Positions 10,545 through 19,995 of a DNA stretch of 64,000 bases are shown here, one piece after another. How positions within the stretch are numbered: the first letter of the stretch is position 1; every line of letters starts with the position of its first letter. Source of the stretch: Candidatus Latescibacterota bacterium (GTDB lineage Bacteria > Latescibacterota > UBA2968 > GCA-2709665); the NCBI GenBank assembly GCA_965116875.1, contig OZ220733.1:5152001-5216000 (forward strand), written 5' to 3'. The notes below the pieces were generated by a model. It was not told where the DNA came from. It searched no databases and saw only the letters and a program-made list of their open reading frames with translations. The translations under genes were made by a program, and so were the position numbers.

Positions 10545-10626
10545 CCCTGCACAACCCCGAATAGAAAAAGGCCGCCCCGGTATCCAGTCCGGAAGCGGCC
10601 GAATCTGGCAACAACAACGGCGGGAT

Positions 10627-11106
10627 TCAGCGCATATCGCGATCGACCAGGAACAGCCCGTATCGATCGTCGCCCACCAGTTCCAGCTTCTTCACGATAG
10701 CCCGAAGCCGGGCCTCCTCCTCCACCTGTTCGTTGACGAACCACTGCAGGAACGTGTTGGTCGCATGGGCGCGGTTCTTCATGGCCAGATCGACCAGATC
10801 GTTGATCCGGCCGCTGGATTCCTGTTCCCGCCGATATGCTTCCGATATCGCGTCCAGCGGCGAACTCCAGTCCGCCGGCGGTTCGGAAATTGCCTTGAAC
10901 CCGACCGGCGCCTCCCGTTCGTGCAGGAATTCGTAGATCTTCATCGCATGCGCCATCTCCCTCTGGGCCTGCTTTCCCATCCACCTGGAAAATCCGTTCA
11001 GATTGACCGATTTGAAATAGGAAGACATGGCCAGGTAGGTATACCAGGCGAGGAATTCACTGTTGACCTGATCGTTCAGCGCCGATTGAATTTCCTTGCT
11101 AAACAT
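10627..11106 (-). CDS. ftnA: Non-heme ferritin
   Basis: ALNDQVNSE..A..TYLAMS, REMAHA, FLQWFVNEQVEEE; start ATG 11106. Confidence 0.9.
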   Translation of the reverse strand: MFSKEIQSALNDQVNSEFLAWYTYLAMSSYFKSVNLNGFSRWMGKQAQREMAHAMKIYEFLHEREAPVGFKAISEPPADWSSPLDAISEAYRREQESSGRINDLVDLAMKNRAHATNTFLQWFVNEQVEEEARLRAIVKKLELVGDDRYGLFLVDRDMR

Positions 11107-11238
11107 CGACTCCCCCGTGCCTTTGATTGGGGACGTCCCCGTGCACCCGTTGCGCGTCGCATGCGCGAGCGCCAACGACGGGCCCGAACCCGCACCGGAA
11201 TTCAGACCCGGCATTCAAGTCACCGTGCCGCGAGGCGC

Positions 11239-11592
11239 CTATTGGGGCTGAGGTACTTTGCAGCATTCCGGCAGACTCGCGTAGGCCGCGCTGTCGGCGA
11301 GGGCCTCATTCGCCTGGTAACCCACCCCGGCAATCGCCCGTTCCATCGTCGCCAGGTCGGTCCGCGTCGCGTCGTAGGTCACGCTTGCGACCTTGACATC
11401 CATGTCGACGGCCACCTCGGCCACGCCCTCGACGTTTTTCAAAGTCTTCTCAATCTTGTTCGCGCACATCATGCACTGCGCCGTGGGCACCTTGATTTTG
11501 GCCGTACGGGTCTCCGCCGTGGAACAGCCCGTGACGGCGACAAGAGAGAACGCGAACACGCTTGAAAGCACGATGCAAATGGTCTTGCGCAT
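11239..11592 (-). CDS. Exported heavy-metal-associated (HMA) domain protein, possibly a lipoprotein
   Basis: Signal/lipobox-like VTGC, metal motif CMMC, C-terminal LPECC. Confidence 0.85.
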   Translation of the reverse strand: MRKTICIVLSSVFAFSLVAVTGCSTAETRTAKIKVPTAQCMMCANKIEKTLKNVEGVAEVAVDMDVKVASVTYDATRTDLATMERAIAGVGYQANEALADSAAYASLPECCKVPQPQ

Positions 11593-11683
11593 GGATTGAT
11601 CTCCTTTGTTGAGAGGGAAAGCCTGGCGCCTTCCCGATACCTGACGTCTTCAACCTCGAATATATGACAACACCTATCGATAA

Positions 11684-14600
11684 TCAACTGTCTTCTTCTA
11701 AAGATCGACCCTTCCACAACGCGTAGATCGCGGGTATCACAATTAGGGTCAGCAGTGCCGACGAAGCAACCCCGCCCACCATCGGCGCGGCAATGCGCTT
11801 CATCGTCTGCGACCCGATGCCGTGTCCCCACATGATGGGAAGCAACGCCAGCAACGTCGTGAGTACTGTCATCATTTTCGGCCTGACCCGTTCCACGGCG
11901 CCGGCGATAACCGCTGTCCTCAGGTCCGAAGCCTTCATCTCGCCGCCTCGCGCCTTCCGGATACGATCGTACGCATGATCCAGATAAACCAGCATGACCA
12001 CGCCTGTCTCGGCCGCCAGACCGCCCAGCGCGATGAATCCAACCCCCACCGCAACGCTCATGTTGTAGTCCAGCAGATACATCAGCCAGATCCCGCCCAC
12101 CATCGCAAAGGGCAGGGACAGCATCACAATCAGGCTCTCGGTAATATTCCTGAAGTTGAGATACAACAGCAGGAATATGATCCCGAGGGTGAGCGGCACC
12201 ACCAGCTTCAATCGCTTTTCCGCCCTCTGCATATATTCGTACTGCCCGCTCCAGGTGATCGAATAGCCCGGCGGCATCGTCACCTTCTCCAACACCGCCT
12301 TCTGGGCGCGTTTCACGTAGGTCCCCACGTCGATGCCCTGGATATCCACGTACACCCAGGCGTTCAGGCGCGCGTTCTCGCTCTTGATCCCCGGCGGTCC
12401 CTTCCTGATCCGGATGTCCGCGAGTTGCTGGATGGGAATCTGGGCGCCGGTGGGCGTTGGCACCAGCACCCGGCGCAGCGCCGGCAGGTTGTCGCGCAGT
12501 TCCCTGTCATAACGCAGATTGACCGGATAGCGCTCCAGGCCCTCAACGGTCGTTGTGATATTCATCCCGCCGACCGCAAACATGATCACGTCCTGAACGT
12601 CTCCGGTCGTAAGCCCGTAGCGTGCGGCTTCTTCCCGGTCGATTTCGAAATCCAGGTAGTTTCCGCCCACGACGCGTTCGGCAAACACGCTCAGAGTACC
12701 CGGCAGATCGCGGATCACCCCTTCGATCTGCTCGCCCAGGCGCTGCAACACCTCCAGGTCCTCACCCGCGACTTTCACGCCAACCGGGGTCTTGATCCCG
12801 GTCGACAGCATGTCGATTCTCGTCTTGATGGGCATTGTCCACGAATTGGTCAGACCGGGGAACTGAATCGCCCGGTTCAATCGGTCGATCAGCTTTTCGG
12901 GTGTCATGCCCGGGCGCCACTCGCTCTCCGGTTTCAGCGTAATGGTGGTCTCGATCATTGATAGCGGCGCCGGGTCGGTTGCGGTCTCGGCGCGCCCGAT
13001 CTTTCCGAATACGTCCTGGACCTCCGGAAACGCCTTGATGATCTTGTCCGTCTGCTGCAGCAGTTCACGCGCTCGGGTTACGGAGATTCCAGGCAGCGTG
13101 GTGGGCATGTAGAGAAGGTCTCCCTCGTACAGGGGCGGCATGAATTCGGAACCGATCTTCTCCAGGGGAAACAGGCGGTCCAGCCTCAGAAGCGCGCGAT
13201 ACGCGACGCTGCGCGGCGCATCGGAGAACCGCTCGAGTACCGTGCTCCTGAACGGAAAGAGGGTTACGAACATCACGGCCACCGCCAGCAGAATCGTGGC
13301 GACCCTGTGCCTCAGGACCCAGTCGATGACAGGTCGGTAGGCCCAGATGAAAAACCGGCTGCTGGGGTTCCGCGCCTCCGGCCGGATTCTGCCCCGGACG
13401 AAAATGCTCACGAGCACGGGTACGACCGTGACGGCCAGCAACGCCGCGCCGGCCATCGCGTACGTCTTTGTATAGGCCAGCGGACTGAAGAGGCGGCCCT
13501 CCTGGGCCTGGAGCGTGAACACCGGAAGGAAGGAGACCGTTATCATGAGCAGCGAATAGAACAGCGCCGGGCCCACCTCCCTGGACGCGAGGGCGACGAT
13601 CTCGAGATGACTTCTCCGTCCGTTGTTCTGCTCCAGGTGCTTATGGGCGTTCTCGATCATCACGATCGACGCGTCGACCATCGCGCCAATGGCAACCGCG
13701 ATCCCGCCCAGCGACATGATGTTGGAGCTCACTTCCTGCGTATACATCATGCCGAACGAAATGAGTACCCCGGTTGAAAGTGAGAAAATCGCCACGAACG
13801 CGCTGCGAAAGTGCAGCAGAAACACGATGCAGACCAGCGCAACGACCGCCATTTCCTCAATCAGCTTGTTTCTCAGATTGTCGATGGCGCGGCGTATGAG
13901 CGCGGACCGGTCGTACGCCGGCTTAATTTCGACGCCTTCGGGCAGTCCGGGTTTGAGCGATTCGATTTTCTCCTTGACCCGATCGATCACAGCCAGCGCG
14001 TTTTCGCCGTAACGCATCACAACGATGCCGCCCACGACCTCGCCCTCGCCGTTCCATTCGGCCAGACCCCTGCGAAGCTCAGGACCCAGCTGTACCGTGG
14101 CGATATCACCCACCCGTACCGGGGTACCCCTGGAATCGACCCCCACGGCGACATTGCGAATATCCTCCGTGGAACGCAGATAGCCCAGCCCGCGGACCAT
14201 AAACTCCGTTTCCCCGAATTCCACGATGCGCCCGCCCACGTCATTATTGCTCCGCCGGATCGCCGATCGGACTTTCTGCAACGGAATGTTGTAAGCCAGC
14301 AGCCGGTTGGGGTCCACGGTTACCTGGTACTGTTTCACGTACCCGCCCACCGCCGCCACCTCCGCTACGCCCTGCACGCTGCTGAGTTCGTAACGCAGGT
14401 ACCAGTCCTGGATGGACCGCAGTTCCGAGAGGTCGCGGCGCCCCGTGCTGTCAACCAGCACGTACTCATACACCCATCCGACCCCGGTGGCATCCGGACC
14501 CAACCGCGGCGCGACACCCGCGGGCAGGCGGTTCGAAACGGTGTCGAGCGCCTCCAGGACCCGGCTTCTGGCCCAGTAGATATCCGTGCCATCCTCGAAG

Positions 14601-14887
14601 ATCACGTAGACGAACGACAGTCCAAAGAATGAATACCCTCTCACAACGCTTGCCTTCGGCACAGCCAGCATTGCAGAGGTGAGCGGATAAGTCACCTGGT
14701 CCTCCACAACGCGCGGCGCCTGTCCCTGAAAGTCAGTCATTACGATCACCTGCACGTCCGACAGGTCCGGAATCGCGTCCAGGGGCGTATTCAGCATCGC
14801 GTAAACCCCCCACGCGATTGCAAAAACCGTGGCCATGATGACCAGAATTCGGTTCCGGAGGCTGAGTTCGATAATTTGACCAATCAT
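11684..14887 (-). CDS. cusA: CusA/SilA family heavy-metal RND efflux transporter
   Basis: LDAIPDLSDVQVIV, LGPDATGVGWVYEY, MPIKTRIDMLSTG, RVRPKMMT; start ATG 14887. Confidence 0.95.
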   Translation of the reverse strand: MIGQIIELSLRNRILVIMATVFAIAWGVYAMLNTPLDAIPDLSDVQVIVMTDFQGQAPRVVEDQVTYPLTSAMLAVPKASVVRGYSFFGLSFVYVIFEDGTDIYWARSRVLEALDTVSNRLPAGVAPRLGPDATGVGWVYEYVLVDSTGRRDLSELRSIQDWYLRYELSSVQGVAEVAAVGGYVKQYQVTVDPNRLLAYNIPLQKVRSAIRRSNNDVGGRIVEFGETEFMVRGLGYLRSTEDIRNVAVGVDSRGTPVRVGDIATVQLGPELRRGLAEWNGEGEVVGGIVVMRYGENALAVIDRVKEKIESLKPGLPEGVEIKPAYDRSALIRRAIDNLRNKLIEEMAVVALVCIVFLLHFRSAFVAIFSLSTGVLISFGMMYTQEVSSNIMSLGGIAVAIGAMVDASIVMIENAHKHLEQNNGRRSHLEIVALASREVGPALFYSLLMITVSFLPVFTLQAQEGRLFSPLAYTKTYAMAGAALLAVTVVPVLVSIFVRGRIRPEARNPSSRFFIWAYRPVIDWVLRHRVATILLAVAVMFVTLFPFRSTVLERFSDAPRSVAYRALLRLDRLFPLEKIGSEFMPPLYEGDLLYMPTTLPGISVTRARELLQQTDKIIKAFPEVQDVFGKIGRAETATDPAPLSMIETTITLKPESEWRPGMTPEKLIDRLNRAIQFPGLTNSWTMPIKTRIDMLSTGIKTPVGVKVAGEDLEVLQRLGEQIEGVIRDLPGTLSVFAERVVGGNYLDFEIDREEAARYGLTTGDVQDVIMFAVGGMNITTTVEGLERYPVNLRYDRELRDNLPALRRVLVPTPTGAQIPIQQLADIRIRKGPPGIKSENARLNAWVYVDIQGIDVGTYVKRAQKAVLEKVTMPPGYSITWSGQYEYMQRAEKRLKLVVPLTLGIIFLLLYLNFRNITESLIVMLSLPFAMVGGIWLMYLLDYNMSVAVGVGFIALGGLAAETGVVMLVYLDHAYDRIRKARGGEMKASDLRTAVIAGAVERVRPKMMTVLTTLLALLPIMWGHGIGSQTMKRIAAPMVGGVASSALLTLIVIPAIYALWKGRSLEEDS

Positions 14888-14963
14888 ACGAAGAACTCCT
14901 GCTTTTTTCCTTTCGTGAGTCAGATTGCCTGAATTCGGCCGACCAGAAGCAGCAAAAACTGCC

Positions 14964-15090
14964 ATCAGCGCTCAGCCGTCAGCTTGAATCAAAAACCCGA
15001 TCAATTGACGTCAGCGCTGTGATGAGTCGGAACCGGAACGGGCGCAATGCGGGCACTTCGACAAGCTCAACGCAAGCTGCACGGACAGCG
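14964..15090. repeat. REP-like short repeats in the cusB-cusA spacer
   Basis: TCAGCGCTCAGCCGTCAGC (compare 63538 on the opposite strand) and CTTCGACAAGCTCAACGCAAG (compare 55585-55605 and 55670). Confidence 0.55.
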
Positions 15091-15149
15091 CAGGCAACAC
15101 AGCGGTACGGGACGACTCGCCGCGACAATCGTGACGATCTTCAGAAACT

Positions 15150-16433
15150 CTAGTGTTGATGACCCTTCGACCCCACGGCCCCGTGATGCCCGCCGATGTT
15201 CCCAAGAGCCGCCTTCAGGTTGCTTTCCGAGTCGATCAGAAACTGCGCCGATACGACAATCCGCTCGCCTCCCTGCAGCCCGCCGGTTACCTCGAAACCG
15301 TCGTCCGCCTCCACGCCGAGCGACACTTCGCGCGGGGCAAACCTGCCTTCCCCGAGATCCAGAATCACAACGCTTCGCTCTCCCGTACGTATCACGGCCT
15401 CCACCGGGACGACCACGGCCTCTTTCGCCACCCTGGAAAGGATCTTTACCGTGGCAAACATCTCGGGTTTCAATTCCAGTTCCGGGTTGTCGAACACCAT
15501 CCGAACCTTCGCGGTACGTGTCGTGGATTCCAGGAACGGATAGATGTAGCTCACCACGCCTTTGAACTCCCTGCCGGGCGCGTAGGAAAGCACGACTTCG
15601 GCCGATTGCCCTCTTCTGATCCACGGCAATTCATACTCGTAGATATCCGCGTAGACCCATACACGCGAAAGATCCGCGATCCGATAGAGATGCTCTCCGG
15701 CCTTTATATGTGCGCCGTCGTACACCGCCCGATGCACAACCACGCCCTCCTGCGGGGAATGAATCGTCATGGTCCGCTGCGCCTCCCGCGTCCGATCCAG
15801 GTCCGCAATCTGCGCTTCCGCAATATCCCAGTACATCAAACGCTGCCGCGCCGCGGCCAGGAGCGCCTTTGCGCCATCCAGCGCTTCGGCGGACGCTCCC
15901 TCCTCCAGCCGCCGGACATAGTCCAGCGCCGTGAGATACTCCTCCTGCGCGGCCACGAGTTCGGGACTGTAGATGTCCAGCAGCGGTTGTCCCTTCTTCA
16001 CCTCCTGACCGGTAAAGTCGACATACAGTTTCTCCACCCAGCCGGTTACCTTCGTATTCACGTCCGTCATTCCTGTTTCGTCGTAATCTACACGTCCCAT
16101 GGCGCGAACGGTCCGGCTCAATGGGCGCCGTTCCACGACCCCGATTCTGACCCCCATATTCTGCACGGTGGACGGATCGATCCGGACCTCTCCGGCCTCC
16201 TCCCCGTGGTCGCCATCGTGTCCCGACCCGCCCTGCTGGTCCATCACAAGGTCCATTCCGCAAATCGGACAACCTCCGGGCCTGTCCGACACCACCGTGG
16301 GATGCATGGGGCACCGGTACACGGACGGTCCCGACTCATGAGGCGTTGAACCGTCCTCTCCGCCGAGCCATAATCCCAGGACCAGTCCGACACCAAGAGC
16401 GAGAATCGCCATAATGATGTTTTTCGAATTCAT
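15150..16433 (-). CDS. cusB: CusB family RND periplasmic adaptor
   Basis: YRCPMHP...CPICGMDL metal-binding domain, GWVEKLYV, YSPELVAAQEEYL, LKPEMFA, AQFLIDSES. Confidence 0.93.
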   Translation of the reverse strand: MNSKNIIMAILALGVGLVLGLWLGGEDGSTPHESGPSVYRCPMHPTVVSDRPGGCPICGMDLVMDQQGGSGHDGDHGEEAGEVRIDPSTVQNMGVRIGVVERRPLSRTVRAMGRVDYDETGMTDVNTKVTGWVEKLYVDFTGQEVKKGQPLLDIYSPELVAAQEEYLTALDYVRRLEEGASAEALDGAKALLAAARQRLMYWDIAEAQIADLDRTREAQRTMTIHSPQEGVVVHRAVYDGAHIKAGEHLYRIADLSRVWVYADIYEYELPWIRRGQSAEVVLSYAPGREFKGVVSYIYPFLESTTRTAKVRMVFDNPELELKPEMFATVKILSRVAKEAVVVPVEAVIRTGERSVVILDLGEGRFAPREVSLGVEADDGFEVTGGLQGGERIVVSAQFLIDSESNLKAALGNIGGHHGAVGSKGHQH

Positions 16434-16497
16434 AACTCGACCCTTCCCTTTTCAATGCGTACGGCTGCTGAAACCGAGGCGATATCGGGATACCGTA

Positions 16498-17760
16498 CTA
16501 AAACAACCGTTTTCCGATTACCGCTTCCAGTTCCGCCAGCTTTTTCTCGCGCTGAATCAGATGGTGATAGTGTTCGATTTCAAACTGAAACAAAGAGACC
16601 TGGTTGTTCAACAGGGTCAGAAAGTCCACTTTGTCCACCTGGTATCCCGCCATTGCGGATTCCAGCGACTGCTGAGCCTGGGGCAGAATTGCGGTACGGA
16701 ACAGTTCCGCCTGCTTCCGGTGCCGGTCGACTTCAAGGCAGATTTCCTGCACCTGAAACAGGATCTCACGGCTGACGTCTTCTTTCTGCGCCCGGGCCAT
16801 TCTGTTATTGGCCTGCGCCTCGGCAACCTGATTGTCCCGTTTCCGTCCGTTGAAGATCGGAAGGTTCATGCTCACGCCGAACGACAGAAAGTCGCTGCCG
16901 TTCACGGGATCCGGCGCCACATGAGCGCGTTGCAGATAGCCCAGGCGAAACGTCAGATCGGGTCGGCCCGATCGCCGCGCCGCCTGTTCGGTTGCCGCCC
17001 ACCTGGAAATGGTATGGTCTAATTCCTGCAACCGCGGACGGTGCGCCAGGGCAAGCCGCCGGGCGTCCTCCACCGACAGGTCGAGTGGCGTCGCCACCAC
17101 GTCGCCGGGCGCATTCACGGCGGTATCCATCGGCCGATTCAGCACCCGGTTGAGCCGCGCCTCCGCAAGCCTGCGATCCGTATTCAGCCTGATCAGTCGA
17201 TCCCGCAGCGCGGAAAGCGACACCTGGGCCTTCAGGACGTCTTGTTGAAGTCCGCGACCGACCACGTATTTCTTCTCTGCAATTCGAACCAGGTCCCGGA
17301 GGAGCGCCCGGTTCCGTTCCGTCACTTCAATCGCCCGGTCCAGAAACGCCAGCGCATAATATCCCTGCTTCACAAGGTTGACGATCGTTCCGGTGCGGTC
17401 CGCAAGGACTTCTCTGGCAGCGCCGGCGGCAGATTCCGCCGCCCGCTCTTTCGCGCGCAACAGACCCGGAAGCGGTATCCGTTGGCTGACCGTCAACTGC
17501 TTGCCGGACATGTGCGTGCTGTTGAAATCGAAGCTGCTTGTCGGTACGTTCCGCAAATCCAGCGCCAGCATCGGATCCTGCAATGCACCGGCCTGAGGCA
17601 CCCGGGCTTCGACGGCGGCCAACCGATGCTCAAGAACCCTCAGGCCGGAATTTTTCGCAAGCGCCGAGTCGATCAAAACCTCCAGGTCCGGCGCCGCGGC
17701 GCCGGCAACACGGGGTACGTTGAATAGACACATCCCGATGAGTTTCAGCATTCCCTTCAA
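16498..17760 (-). CDS. TolC/CusC family outer membrane efflux protein
   Basis: QAGALQDP, YVVGRGLQQDVLKAQ, YQVDKVDFLTLL; lies upstream of cusB. Confidence 0.88.
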   Translation of the reverse strand: MKGMLKLIGMCLFNVPRVAGAAAPDLEVLIDSALAKNSGLRVLEHRLAAVEARVPQAGALQDPMLALDLRNVPTSSFDFNSTHMSGKQLTVSQRIPLPGLLRAKERAAESAAGAAREVLADRTGTIVNLVKQGYYALAFLDRAIEVTERNRALLRDLVRIAEKKYVVGRGLQQDVLKAQVSLSALRDRLIRLNTDRRLAEARLNRVLNRPMDTAVNAPGDVVATPLDLSVEDARRLALAHRPRLQELDHTISRWAATEQAARRSGRPDLTFRLGYLQRAHVAPDPVNGSDFLSFGVSMNLPIFNGRKRDNQVAEAQANNRMARAQKEDVSREILFQVQEICLEVDRHRKQAELFRTAILPQAQQSLESAMAGYQVDKVDFLTLLNNQVSLFQFEIEHYHHLIQREKKLAELEAVIGKRLF

Positions 17761-17903
17761 GACTGATCACCTCCATGGCTGGAAAATGGGGCTTCACGCG
17801 CGCAAGAGAGCGCACTCGAGCCGGAGGAACTTCGTCCAGCGATTGAAATTTGGGCGATGTTTCCGAGGAGAAGAGAGAACCTGAACCGCGGAAGACGCGG
17901 TCA

Positions 17904-17990
17904 GCCGTCCGTTGACAAAGTCGCTCTTGCAGGCCTGCCAGCGAAGTCCTGGCAGGCAGGCGAAGCCGGAGGGACTCTTCAACGGACTGC
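17904..17990. repeat. Short palindromic MITE-like element
   Basis: Ends GTCCGTTGACAAAGTC / GACTCTTCAACGGAC are inverted; inner hairpin GCCTGCCA...TGGCAGGC; a similar end GCAGCCCGTTGAAAAA occurs at 5046. Confidence 0.45.
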
Positions 17991-18002
17991 CAAGGCGGGA
18001 AA

Positions 18003-18353
18003 TCAGATCAGAAACGAAGCATTCATCAGGTACAGCGAGGACATGTGACGGGCAGCAACAGAATGATTCACCACCGTGCGGGGCAGGCGTGACATGAAAG
18101 CTGCGGGAGCGCGGACCGAAGGAGGCGCGGCATGTGAGTCCGGATGCAAAAACCGCTGACCGGACGCCGCGAGGGCAGGAGGCAGTTCGGCAGGCGCGTT
18201 GGATACGTTGCCGTTGTTCCCCGCGCAGCAGCAGTCCGACTCAACCGGTTCGGCGTGGCACGCTTCGGCCTGAACGGGAATGCCGCACAGACAGTGGACG
18301 ACAGCGAGTGCGAAGCCGAAGGCCAGAAATGAATTGGAGAAGGCGCGGACCAC
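18003..18353 (-). CDS. Small Cys/His-rich exported protein leading the metal efflux cluster
   Basis: Hydrophobic N-terminus, HCLC, CH, DCCC, C-terminal LYLMNASFLI; a type often found before cus/czc operons. Confidence 0.6.
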   Translation of the reverse strand: MVRAFSNSFLAFGFALAVVHCLCGIPVQAEACHAEPVESDCCCAGNNGNVSNAPAELPPALAASGQRFLHPDSHAAPPSVRAPAAFMSRLPRTVVNHSVAARHMSSLYLMNASFLI

Positions 18354-18445
18354 TTCCTGCCTCCTGAGTGTGAATTGTCTGCCGGAACGATCGGTACTTT
18401 ATCTACGCCTGTCAAGCCCTGCAGTTCGAAAAAAGCCGCGATTCG

Positions 18446-19618
18446 CTATTCGAGACTCTGGAAGGGCTCCCAAGCTTCCCCCGCGGCGGCGGCACGGCGC
18501 TCGAGCTCACCGCGCCAGCCCACGACTTCTCCGCCCTTTATCCGCCCGATGTCATAGCCGGCGTACCGGTCTTCCAGCGTATCGCCGAGCTTCTGCGTTT
18601 CGGCCCATCGGTCCCACGCCGTTTTCATCCAGTCATAGGGAAGTGCGTCTCGCACCGCGGGATCCAGTTGCCACGCGCTTCGCACGTCGGCCACGGAAGG
18701 CTCACCCGTGAACGGCCCGGACCACCTCGACCATCCGATGGACAGTGTATTTCGTTCTCTACCGGGGACGGTATGGCCCGTGTGAATGTTCGAGCCGATC
18801 CGTATGAGGGCTTCGCCCGCCTTCAGGCGGATCGCGACCTGTCCAGGCAACGGGTCCACGCCGTTCCAACTGGGTGTGTGCGGGACGCCCTTCTCCTTCA
18901 TGGCCTTGGGAAGGAGGACGTCGTGCTCGAAGGGCGTGCGCCATCGATTGTGGCTGCCGGGTATGAGTTCGTGGCACTCTTCGTCGACCAGCGCAAGGAA
19001 CATGCTCACCCCGTTCCGCTCGGTGATCGACCGGGCGTTGTTCGCGCGAATCTCCGTCCAGCGTTCCCGCTCGACCTCCTCGGTGTACGCTTCGGGCCCC
19101 TCCCCGCGGATCTCTCGCTGCGCGAAATAGGGCTTTCCGGTCCCCCACCAGGTCACGTCCCGGTGCCAACTGAGGGAATGTTCCGAATCTCGCGGATTGC
19201 ACCACAACAGCAGACCGCCATACGTGAAATCCTCAGGGCCAAGACCATTGCACCAGGATTGAATGAAATTGAGAAAATCGTCCGAGCCGTGAAACTCCGC
19301 GAAACAGGGTTCATTGAAAGCGGGATGGACCACGCCGCGTATCGCCCACGGTTCGTCCTTCCCGGTGCGGTGGACGTAGCCCCTGGAGCAGTCGATTTTG
19401 CTGTACCCGTTGACCGGTGCGCACGCCTCCGTTATCCGGCGGCCCGCATCCCGGAGAACCGGAATCCATGGATTCTCGACAAAGTCGTTGATGATGACGA
19501 ATCCGTGTTCTTCGAGGTGTGCCAGCCGCTCGGGTGTGGCGCCCGGCGCCGACAGTTCGGGCAGAGCGTCCGCAAAGGCAGGCGCCCTGTAGGTGGAGGA
19601 TTTCGCGTCAGTTTTCAT
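18446..19618 (-). CDS. Phytanoyl-CoA dioxygenase (PhyH) family protein
   Basis: LEEHGFVII, WHRD, LIPGSH, LKAGEA...NIHTG. Confidence 0.8.
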   Translation of the reverse strand: MKTDAKSSTYRAPAFADALPELSAPGATPERLAHLEEHGFVIINDFVENPWIPVLRDAGRRITEACAPVNGYSKIDCSRGYVHRTGKDEPWAIRGVVHPAFNEPCFAEFHGSDDFLNFIQSWCNGLGPEDFTYGGLLLWCNPRDSEHSLSWHRDVTWWGTGKPYFAQREIRGEGPEAYTEEVERERWTEIRANNARSITERNGVSMFLALVDEECHELIPGSHNRWRTPFEHDVLLPKAMKEKGVPHTPSWNGVDPLPGQVAIRLKAGEALIRIGSNIHTGHTVPGRERNTLSIGWSRWSGPFTGEPSVADVRSAWQLDPAVRDALPYDWMKTAWDRWAETQKLGDTLEDRYAGYDIGRIKGGEVVGWRGELERRAAAAGEAWEPFQSLE

Positions 19619-19721
19619 TTCTTTTCCCCTTGATCAGGATTTGCAGGATTTTCAGGTTTAAAAACAGGTACTCAACGCCATCCTGTCCGCCCTTTCATCC
19701 GGACAATGCCGATCAGAACCT

Positions 19722-19750
19722 ACGGTATATCCCGACCGTCGCTTTGTCAA
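19722..19750 (-). promoter_or_regulatory. Promoter for the PhyH gene
   Basis: TTGACA-N17-TACCGT on the minus strand. Confidence 0.45.
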
Positions 19751-19995
19751 CACCAATTTCCATGCATTGTGCGTGTACGGAATGCGAAGACGGGACAGGA
19801 TTTCCGGGCAATGTAATACAAAACGCTCGCCTATCATGTGAATTGTCCCTATATTTGAACTTTGCGGTCGCAGTTTCCTGCAAACATGACGCTGCAGACG
19901 TCCGACCCTCCAGAGGGTTCCGCGCCTGGCTGAGCAGGCTGTCCAACAGGTTGGAAAATCGGGGGTTCGGGCGTTTTTCGCTTGAGGAACAACGT

